Positions 1 to 10,267 of a stretch of DNA of 33,633 nt are shown one piece after another; the stretch's first letter is position 1; each line of letters starts with the position of its first letter. The notes beneath the pieces are model-generated. The model saw nothing but the letters and a program-made list of their open reading frames with translations. It searched no databases and was not told the DNA's origin. Source of the DNA: Octopus bimaculoides (Eukaryota). Position numbers and translations under genes: made by a program. The DNA lies in the NCBI RefSeq assembly GCF_001194135.2, contig NC_069005.1, positions 24,807,427 to 24,841,059 of the forward strand, given 5' to 3'.

Positions 1-43
<43 letters not shown>

Positions 44-46
44 ATG

Positions 47-262
47 TGTGTGTGTTTGTGTGTCTGTGTTTGTCCCCCAACATCGTGTGACAACCGATGG
101 TGGCGTGTTTACATCCCCGTAACTTAGCGGTTCGGCAAAAGACACCGATAGAATAAGTACTAGGCTTACAAAGAATAATTCCTGGGGGTCGATTTGCTCG
201 ACTAAAGGCGGTGCTCCAGCATGGCCGCAGTCAAATGACTGAAACAAGTAAAAGAGTAAAGA
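47..262 (+). mobile_element. SINE family B (octopus-type), 3' half
   Basis: gtttgtcccc...aacttagcggttcggcaaaagacaccgatagaataagtactaggcttacaaagaat...ggtgctccagcatggccgcagtcaaatgactgaaacaagtaaaagag; recurs many times in the window. Confidence 0.85.
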
Positions 263-494
263 GTATGTCCACGTGTTATTGCAAAGTTAAGATACTAGTG
301 AGGTGATACACATGTATTCGCACCCATATTTGTGTGTATGTTGGTATGTAAGTACACGCGTACACACACACTTACACACACACACACTCACGCACACTGG
401 GTGGGAATGCAAAACTTGCAAAATTGCTGTAACATTTAAAACTCTCTCATTGCGCATCAATAGTCATTCAAAAATAGGTTAATAACATTCGCAT

Positions 495-1480
495 CTATCT
501 ATCTATTTTATACTCAAACCCAAAGTTTGTCTGTCTGTTTTCCTGCCATTTGATTAAGGTGATAAAGATTATAAATAAAATAGGCATTTCCCCCTTTAAG
601 AAAAAAAAAAAAATCCAATTGAAAATGTCGACACTTCAAAGAGTCGTGTCAGCTACCGTCATCCGTTCTTTTTTCTTAGTTTCTTTTTTCCCCCTTAATC
701 ATTTATACAACTTTCAGAGCGCCGTTGATTTGAAAAATAGAAATTCTCCCAATGTTTTTATGAGATATTTTGGAATCACTTAAAGGGGAATATTACTATT
801 TTATTTAAAATGAAATATTAATCTTTATCATCTTAATCAAAAAGCAGGAAAACAGTGAGACTATAGACAAAGATCAGTTGCAATAGGAGGAGTTGAATCT
901 CATAAGAATGTAAAAACAAACAACAAATGGGTTTTACCTTATAATGAAAGTCTTTTAAGAGCATTCAAATGCCACTGCAACGTTGAAATCATTGCCTCAG
1001 TGAAGTCATTTAAGTACGTCATCAAGTACATGCAGAAAGGAAATGACCAAGCTGCTGTTCAAATAAATAATGATAACGAAATTAGTTAATATTTAATGGG
1101 TAGGTATAATGGACCATCCGAAACAGTTGCATCCATTTTAGGATTTTCAATTCATGAAAGAGCCCCTGCAATAGTGAGACTGTAAGTTCATCTCCCAGAT
1201 GAATAAAGAATATTGTTCAGAAATAACGAGGATATATATATGGCTGTCAATGAATGACATATGAGGACAACATTGACAGAATTCTTTTCCTTGTGCATCA
1301 ATGATGACTTTGCAAAAACATTGCTTTATGCTGAAGTACCCATGTATTTCACTTGGAACAGAAGTAACAAAGAATGGCAAAGGAAAAAGTGAGGAAAAAC
1401 AGTTGAAGGCTATTTGAGTGTTTTCAAAGAAGAAACATTTGGCTTATGGTCTTTCAAAGCGAAATGGGAGGGATTTGCTA
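495..1480 (+). mobile_element. Helitron relic with degenerate Rep/Hel coding fragment (about 859-1392)
   Basis: One frame gives KWVLPYNESLLRAFKCHCNVEIIASVKSFKYVIKYMQKGND..., GFSIHERAPAIVRL*VHLPD and TTLTEFF...LLYAEVPMYFTWN, matching the Helitron Rep C-terminal NVE..S.K..KY..KY..KG.D motif, with 4 internal stops between 901 and 1392. Outer boundaries are tentative. Confidence 0.85.
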
Positions 1481-1786
1481 CTTGGGCAAATGTCTGCTAC
1501 TATAGCCTCGGGTCGACCACAGTGTTGTGAGAGGATTTAGTAGACGGGAACTGAAAGAAGCCCGTCGTATATATATATATGTGTGTGTGTGTCCCAACAT
1601 CGCTTTACAACCGATGCTGGTGTGCTTATGTCCCCTTAACATAGCGGTTCGGTAAAAGACACCGATAGAATAAGTACTAGGCTTACCAAGAATAAGTCCT
1701 GGGGGGTCGATTTTCTCGACTAAAGTCGGTGCTCCAGCACGGTCGCAGTCAAGTGACTGAAACAAGTAAAAGAATAAAAGAATACA
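1481..1786 (+). mobile_element. SINE family B, 5'-truncated
   Basis: cttgggcaaatgtc...gaaagaagcccgtcg, an internal (TA/TG)n, then the same 3' half as 47-262. Confidence 0.85.
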
Positions 1787-3635
1787 TATTGAGAGAGAGA
1801 GAGGGGGATACTTGTTTCTATGTCCATAGAGTGTTATGTGAATCAAAGTATACAGTGTTATATAGATCCATTACAGACGATCAGACAAATCGGTTTCGTG
1901 CCCGATAAGAGGACGGTTATCTAATAAATATAGGTTTGCAATTCTTTCATGTTGCATTTTATGCAGTTTTTGTACGTTTTTTTTTTGTTTTTTGTCTTGG
2001 TTTATGTTGATAATACTTTCCAACGCACAATCACCGTAGAGATTCTATCATCTTCTGTTCGTACAATATGGCTGTCTCAACACATCTCAGTGGATATGAC
2101 GAGTCCTTTGCAAGGAATCTCTGTCTGCTGTTTTATTTTGCCATTTGATGTATGTGTCTCATATATTGTTGACAAAAGAGTTATTTATACGTTCGCATGT
2201 GTATATATGTTCAAGGGAAAATATGCATGCGTAATTTTATTTCTATAGACGTATGTCAGCATGTTTATGTTAATGTATGAATATGTTCGTGTATTTAAAC
2301 TGATGCTTGTATAAACCTGAGTATCATGGGTGCGCGTGCGTGTGTATGTCATTGTTCAGATTTAATTCAAGATTTCTTAACAATGACACACACACATGTA
2401 TGTATGTATCTATCTATCTATCTATCTATCTATACATGAATGTATGTATATATCTAAATGTATGTTTGTGTGATTCTCTGTGCGCCTGTGTGCATATGTA
2501 NNNNNNNNNNNNNNNNNNNNNNNNNNNNNNNNNNNNNNNNNNNNNNNNNNNNNNNNNNNNNNNNNNNNNNNNNNNNNNNNNNNNNNNNNNNNNNNNNNNN
2601 NNNNNNNNNNNNNNNNNNNNNNNNNNNNNNNNNNNNNNNNNNNNNNNNNNNNNNNNNNNNNNNNNNNNNNNNNNNNNNNNNNNNNNNNNNNNNNNNNNTA
2701 TAGTCAGCAGCGCCGCCTGGCTAAGGCTTGGCTGCTCTGCATTGACAAGGGGCAACACCCTGAAACTAGTCTGCAGATGCCAAACCAGCAGGGGGACACT
2801 GCTGACCTCCCCTGTTCGAAGGTTATAAAGGACACAGGTTTCGTGTGTCACATAGCTAGCTAGAGGCGATGGCTTCTTGGAGCTAATTCACGGCAGCTTT
2901 CGTCCTAATTTTGGGACTGCCATGTTGGCTTGGCGATAACTATTAATTTCCAGTACCGCTGCCGTAGTCTCCTTTATATATATATATGTGTGTGTGTGTG
3001 TTATAGGTTAAAAGTAGTGTTTACCAGCGAAGGCCGCCAGGTAATCAAATTCTTTATCGGCTGCCATGTTGTTTATGATGTAACATTATCGTCTGCTTTT
3101 CTTCTAACAGAGATAACCTTGTCATTGTGAAATATGATAAATCGTATTATTCTCACTCATTCTTATCTCAGTCTATTGTTGTATAAACAATGATTTCCTC
3201 CGACAACATCCCTCCATATTCTCCCCACCCCCTGTTCATTACCTCTCTTTCATCCCCTGGTAAGCAAGGTAGTGGTGGTGATGGTAATGGTAGTGGTGGT
3301 GATGGTGGCAGTGGGGGGGGGGGTGATGGCGGTGGATATGATAAAGCACGGGGCCCATACATGCATCAAAACTATATTTCAAGATATAATTCTATTAGAT
3401 TTTATCTCGGGCGCCGGAATGAAAACATGGTGTCAAGGGGCCATCCGTACTGATGGCCATAGAATCACTAATCTACCCTTAATGATAACAAGCCACCTTA
3501 TCCATCCCACCTCAAACAATGACATTATATTACAAATCCACCCGCAATAATAACATTGCACTTTAGATTAATCCCAGCCTTAATAATGATAATATCCAGC
3601 AGAAATACCCTCAATGGTGACAGTACACCTCAGAT

Positions 3636-3932
3636 CAAGGGTTTTCAAACTGTGGTCCGCGGACCACAGGGGGTCCGCAAGGACAAGACAGGGGGTCCGT
3701 GGACAGCAAATACTTTTTCTGAGCAATTTGATTTTATATATGTTTTTTAATCGAAATCTTTTAATTGACAATAAACCTATTTGTTAAATACTGTTAAATA
3801 AATAAAGGTAAAAATATATGTTATTTTAAGCAAATATTTATGTATAAATTTCATAAGCGTTTATAAGGGGGTCCCTAAGGTAAAGCCTGAAATATAAAGG
3901 GGTCCGCAAGTCAAAAAGTTTGAAAACCACTG
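3636..3932. mobile_element. hAT-type MITE
   Basis: TIRs caagggttttcaaac / gtttgaaaaccactg and a perfect 8-bp TSD cctcagat (3628-3635, 3933-3940). Confidence 0.9.
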
Positions 3933-4570
3933 CCTCAGATTACCCCATCAGTGCACCGAATATCCACCCCGTCCTTGCATCACAGGTCCATCCTCAGTGA
4001 GGGCAATATATCAAAAATCCACCCGTTTTGAGGACAATACTTGGCAAGCCCTTCCTCAATAGTGACAGTATACCAGTGATGACAATATACCGCAATTCTG
4101 CACCCAATCATGGGAACATCACAGATTCAGTACCTGTAACCACAATATGTCACAGATCCATCCATCTTCAAAAGATTAAGCATCTACATAACTGCTTGAA
4201 CTGCTAGAAATAGCAACTAAATCTCCCCTAAATCACACCCTATGCCTTCGGGAAATCAAATGATACAACAAATTGTGTACTTTAGTCCTTAATACATGTC
4301 AATATGCTGTCGGGATGGCTACAGCTGGAATGCTTATGGTTAGTGTGCTCGATTCGATCAGCTTTAGCTTGGAAGCTAAATAACTACTACCACCATCACT
4401 GCTATATTTTACATAGACCAACGAGGGAGCCTACAGGTAGTTGATCAACATAGCAGCTAAATATCCCTCAAGGCGTCATTTATACTCTAAAACAACAACA
4501 AGCAAAGACAGGATGTGATGACCACTGGTGGACATTATATCCTGTCTTGTCATACTTGAAGGTTTTCGGT

Positions 4571-4790
4571 CTTACCACTGACTCAGTAACGCTAATTTGA
4601 TGTCATTCCAACCGTAGCCATCCCGACAGCATATTGACATGTAATTTGATGTTGAGTAGGTGCTCCAGCAATCTTGATACTCATTTTTGCCGGCTGAGTG
4701 AACAGGAAACACTTGGAATAAAGTACCTCGCTCAAGGACATAACGATCTTCCCCGAACGGGAATCGAACCCATGACTTCATGATCCAGAA
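4571..4790 (-). mobile_element. tRNA-derived SINE fragment
   Basis: Minus strand has a B-box-like ggttcgattccc followed by gtccttgagcgaggtac...gttcactcagccggcaaaaatgagta, typical of a SINE body. Confidence 0.55.
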
Positions 4791-4932
4791 CCTAATTGAC
4801 TGACTTTAAAACCACACAATAGCACATTATATTGTGTAACCTTAGATACACTATGCCTGAAAGAAAAACAATGACGGATTGTAGATGGAATGTCTTTGAT
4901 CGATAGGCCTCCTGAATGAGGGCTGCCCTTGG

Positions 4933-5061
4933 CACTAGCGTATCTAGGTGGGGGGAGGCTACTGTGGGCTATTGCTGTAGGCAATATGTGTTTTTTGTGG
5001 GGTCAGGGGGCGGGAAACGGAAGGGCCGCCCCTGGCGGCACACATATTAGCTACGCTAGTG
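4933..5061. mobile_element. Short MITE (probably hAT-like)
   Basis: TIRs cactagcgtatcta / tagctacgctagtg; flanks gcccttgg vs gtcctagg (6/8 match). Confidence 0.55.
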
Positions 5062-5797
5062 GTCCTAGGGCCAAACAACACCATGCACTCTTAAAAGATA
5101 TTAAATTCATATTTAAAAAGGTCAACAGCATCTAAGATAATAATTAATTTAATCTAAATCTTAACCAATTAACAACAAAAGCTGATAACGATTGACGTCA
5201 ATGAACTCTACTCAATGTATTCAAAAAAATCACTTTCCAACAACAACAACCGACAATGAACTGTGTCTTCATCGTGGGGCTGGTTAAAAAATAACATTGA
5301 CCTTGGGTAGCAATTTTTGTCCTTGGGTAGCCAACTGTTATTTCCTATTTGCTTACCCCTAGAAAGTATGAAAAATGGCTAATATTTCCTTCAAACTTTG
5401 CTTTTCTTACATTTATTCAAACACCAAAGACTCTTTCTCGACACACGGCTGTGATGCTCCACCCCTACTCCTGCTCATCGTCAGAGAAGTACATATTGTC
5501 TGCCATTGAGGGACATGCCCAAGTGGTTACGGGTTAAGCAACTGACTAGCAATTTTGTGGTATTGTGAAGAATATTTGCTATAATAATATTTCTAATTTA
5601 GCAACTCAGTACTAAATCTGTCTGAAATCTAATGGAAAATAGATCAGTTTCAAAACATTGATGTCCAGGACAGAAAAGCAAAGTTTGAAGGGAATAGTAG
5701 TCATTTCCTTTGATTTCTAGATAGAAGCAAATAGGAAATAACACTTACTGACCAAAGACACACAAAAATAATTTTAAAAAAATTGTTACACAGTCTA

Positions 5798-5995
5798 GGA
5801 GGAGGAGGAGGACGACGACGATGGTGCTGATGATGACGATGACGACAACGATGGTGATGATGATGAGGATGATGACAATGATGATGATGACGACGATGAT
5901 GATGACAGTGATGATGATGACGATGACGACGACGACGACGACGACCACGGTAACGATGACGTTGACGATAATGATTATGACTATGGTGATGATGA
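5798..5995. repeat. Compound (GAG)/(GAC)/(GAT)n microsatellite
   Basis: Directly visible; it produces the poly-M/T and poly-H/R ORFs. Confidence 0.95.
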
Positions 5996-6249
5996 TAAAG
6001 GAACACAGAATAAAAAAGAAACGGGACTACTCATTTCCTGCATCAATATTGCAAAAAAAAAAAAAAAATAATAATAATAATGGCCAATGACACAAGTCAG
6101 CAACATTTTAATATCCATAACACTTTAATAATAATAATAATAATAAAAATTGTGCTACAGCATAAGCAATGAACACAGTCAATATGGTTTGATAATGGAT
6201 TTAAAGTCATTCCCATCATAATATTTCTTTCAGAATATTTAGGGATTAG

Positions 6250-6470
6250 GAAGCGGCGAGCTGGCAGAACCGTTAGCACGCCGGACGAAATGCTTAGCGG
6301 TATTTCGTCTGTCTTTACGTTCTGAGTTCAAAATTCCGCTGAAGTTGACTTTGCCTTTCATCCTTTCGAGGTCGATAAATTAAGTACCAGTTACGTACTG
6401 CGGTCGATCTAATCGACTGGCCCTCCCTCCCCCAAAATTTCGGGCCTTGTGCCTAGAGTAGAAAAGAATA
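6250..6470 (+). mobile_element. tRNA-derived SINE with Meta-domain-like core
   Basis: Head gcggcgagctggcagaaccgttagc...gagttcaaattcc, core gactttgcctttcatcctttcgaggtcgataaattaagtaccag; related copies at 19320 and 24285. Confidence 0.8.
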
Positions 6471-6501
6471 TTTACAACTGTCATTTTACATAATGGACAC
6501 C

Positions 6502-6694
6502 GGTACTACTAAAGCAGCGCGGACCCGAACGCGGAGTCGCGCGTCCGCGCTAGCTAGTCGTGAGTGGTCGATCCTAACCCTAAACACGTATTCATTTGCA
6601 CACGCGGGTTAGGGATAGGGTTAGGGTTAGGATCGACCACTCAAGACTAGCTAGCGCGGCTGCGCGTTCGGGTCCGCGCTGCTTTAGTAGTACC
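6502..6694. mobile_element. Foldback / Mutator-like MITE with internal TTAGGG repeats
   Basis: 32-bp perfect outer TIR (ggtactactaaagcagcgcggacccgaacgcg), a further ~38-bp paired segment, and a perfect 9-bp TSD atggacacc (6493-6501, 6695-6703). Confidence 0.85.
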
Positions 6695-6999
6695 ATGGAC
6701 ACCTTCAAAAGCCTGAGATTTTATGCGATTGAATCTATCTAGCTAGCTCGCTATCTCTATCTATTTATCTATCTATCGATCTATAAAGCAGGCTAGCTAG
6801 CTAGCTGTATGTATATCGGTAACTCCAGCTTTGTCTGCGTCGGACTGGTAAATGTATATCTTGTATAAAACACAAAGTAAAAGAAAAATAAGTACGAATG
6901 TGTATGTGTGTGTGTGTGTGAGCGTGCGTGCTCTGAAGCGTGAAAATAGTTTCGTTCTGCCAGTAAACAATATTTTATGATACAAGGGAAACAACTAGG

Positions 7000-7150
7000 T
7001 TATTCTTGACTTCCAAGGGACGTAACTAGGCTGCTCAAATCGAGATATGTTCTGTCTTTTTCCATTAAATTTTCAATGAGAAGTCGGAGTCGATGAAAGG
7101 TCGGACGATCTTTTGGTTTTTCCCGCCATGTGAGTCTCATGATTTCATAC
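7000..7150 (-). CDS. RTK terminal coding exon (kinase subdomain XI and C-tail)
   Basis: Acceptor tctctttttaag|G, then [49 protein letters not shown] (TAA at 7002-7000). Not in the ORF track. Confidence 0.92.
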
Positions 7151-8924
7151 CTTAAAAAGAGACAGTAAAGAGATTTCGATCAGTTTTAAAAACTGGCAAA
7201 TAAAAAAAGAAAAAAATTATTTATAACATATAATCATCGATGATGTAATTGAGGAGTTTGGGAGGTGCAATGGCCCAGTGGTTAGGGCAGCGGACTCGCG
7301 GTCATAGGATCACGGTTTCAATTCCCAGACCGGCCGTTGTGAGTGTTTATTGAGCGAAAACACCTAAAGCTCCACGAGGCTCCGGCAGGGGATGGTGGTG
7401 AACCCTGCTGTACTCTTCCACCACAACTTTCTCTTATTCTTGCTTCCTGTTTCTGTTGTACCTGTATTTCTAAGGGCCAGCCTTGTCACACTGTGTCACG
7501 CTGATTATCCCCCGAGAACTACGTTATGGGTACACGTGTCTGAGGAGTGCTCAGCCACTTGCACGTTAATTTCACGAGCAGGCTGTTCCGTTGATCGGAT
7601 CAACTGGAACCCTCGTCGTCGTAAGCGACGGAGTGCCAACACAGTTGAGGAGTTTGCTTTCCAACCATGTACGCAACACCTTGGACAAATGTCTTCTACT
7701 ATAGCCTGGGGCCGACGAAAGTCTTGTGAATAGATTTGATGGATGGAAACTGAAAGAAACTTGACGTATGTACGTGTGTGTGTGTGTGTGTGTGTGTTCC
7801 CCATCACCGCTTGATAAATGGTGTTGGTGTATTTACATCCCTGTAACTTTGTAGTTCAGAAAAAGAGAGTGATAGAATAAGTACCAGGCTTAAAAAAACC
7901 CCCCAAAAACCCAAAACGGTTCATTAGCATGGCCATAATCTAACACCTGAAACAGGGTGAAAGACAAAGGACTTTTAATATATTTACCAAATTAATTTAC
8001 TTACAACTCATTGGAACAATGTTCTGGTTTCTCCATCCTATATCCTGTTGCCAACACTTCGTAAAGATCTGCCAAAGCTATGGATGGGTAGGGGGATGCT
8101 CCTGAAAAATTTACAACCAAAATTTATGGAACTAAAACAAGACATGATCTCAAAATCTAGAGAGACAATATAATTGAGAATACAAGAGACACACATACAG
8201 ACATACACATACAGACACACACCTACAGACACACACCTACAGACACACACATATATGTATGTTTGTATGCATCTGCATGCACACACTCACATACCATATT
8301 CTAACATGTATAAGGAACCTTTTTTGTCAAAAATTAGGTTAAAAAAATATGGGAGTTTCTTATACATGGATAGTATTATAATCCCTTACAAAACCTTTTT
8401 TCCAAATTTTAAGCCCGCAAAATTAGGAGGTTCCTTACACTTGAGGGTTTCGTATACACATTAAAATACTGTATATATGAGGGGGAGTTGAAAAGTTCCT
8501 GGCTTTGAGTAAAAGAAAATACAGGAGGATCAGTTAATAATGATTTTATTCAACATATTCCCCCTCTCAGATTCACACACCAATCACAATGTTCCGGGTT
8601 CAGTCCCACTGTGTGGCATCTTGAGCAAGTGTCTTCTACTATAGCCTCGGGCCGGCCAAAGCCTTGTGAGTGGATTTGGTAGACGGAAACTGAAAGAAGC
8701 CCGTCGTATATATGCATGTGTATGTCTGTATTTGTCCCCCGAACATCGCTTGACAACTGATGCTGGTGTGTTTAAGTCTCTGTAACTTAGCAGTTCGGTA
8801 AAAGAGACCAACAGAATAAATACTAGGCTTACAAAGAATAAGTCCTGGGGTCAATTTGCTCGACTAAAGGCGGTGCTCCAGCAGTCAAATGACTGAAACA
8901 AGTAAAAGAATAAAAGAATAAGAA

Positions 8925-8955
<31 letters not shown>

Positions 8956-10200
8956 GGTACAGACATACTCATATACATATTTGTAGGTATATTTGCAAAT
9001 AACATGTTAACAAAATATCCAACAATATAATTAATCAATGATATCCATCAACTAACAATCAAATTATATGAGATAAAAGACAGAAAAAAAAAAACTGCCT
9101 AAAATGCCAAATTCTTACCCATGGTAACAATCTCCCAAAGTAAGATTCCGAATGACCATACATCGGTCTTAGTTGTGAACATGCGGTCTCGAAGAGATTC
9201 CATGGCCATCCATTTAATGGGAAGTTTACCACTGGTCAGTTTTTGGTATTGGTCGTCGTTGTAGATGTCTCTGGACAGTCCAAAGTCGCAGACTTTGACC
9301 ACTTTCTTGTAATCAAGAAGTACATTTCGGGCAGCAAGATCTCTGTGTAAATATTTCTTGCTGTGCATGTATTCCTGAAATTAACAAAAATAAATGAAGT
9401 TTTTATTATGATTTAGGCCAAAAAAAAAAAAAGCAGTTTATAGCTGGGGGTTGATTTAGGCAAGGCCATTAACACCCACCCTACCACTACCCCTATTTCA
9501 TAATGACTTTATTTTATCAACACTGAATGAATAATGAAAAGCAGCATTGCTTTCTGTGGGATTTGAACTGTAAACATAAAGAACTTGCTTCCCAGCCTGA
9601 TGGTTCTGGGTTCAGTCCTACTGCATGGTACCTTGCACAACTACCATATAGCCGTGGGCTGACCAAAGACTTGTGAGTGGATTTCGTCATTTAATCAATG
9701 GTTTCAGAAAGACCAAACCACATCTTAAACACAGAAAATCCAAGCCAAGTTTTACCCACCAAAACTTTGTAGATAACAAGGCAGCTTCTTTCTTCCCACA
9801 TGATATATACGCATGCATACATATGTGTGTATTTGAGCTTGTATGCATGTGTGTGTTTGAGCTTGTATGCATGTGTGTGTGTGTTTCTGATGATAATCAA
9901 TATAAGACCACTAGGTACCATAGCCATCGTCACTTGTCTAGCAAATGATAATATATCGACAGGTGATATCACTTCTTCGTGGACCGTTCCATCGTCATCT
10001 TTAACAGAATACATCATCTCAGTGTAACCATCTTCAATGTTCTTTCTTGGTTGTCCATCCAGACGGCACCTCCTGGGAACAGAAATAGAACAGAATCAGA
10101 CATTTTCACTTATTTACATGTAACTCTACATCTTCAGTGTCTGCTTGCCTGATAATCTTTAAGTATATACACACATACTTATATGTGTATGTGTTACACA

Positions 10201-10267
<67 letters not shown>

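Noticed and set aside
6570-6635. True telomere or chromosome-fusion site
   Set aside because: Only a few TTAGGG units, enclosed in a TSD-flanked element.
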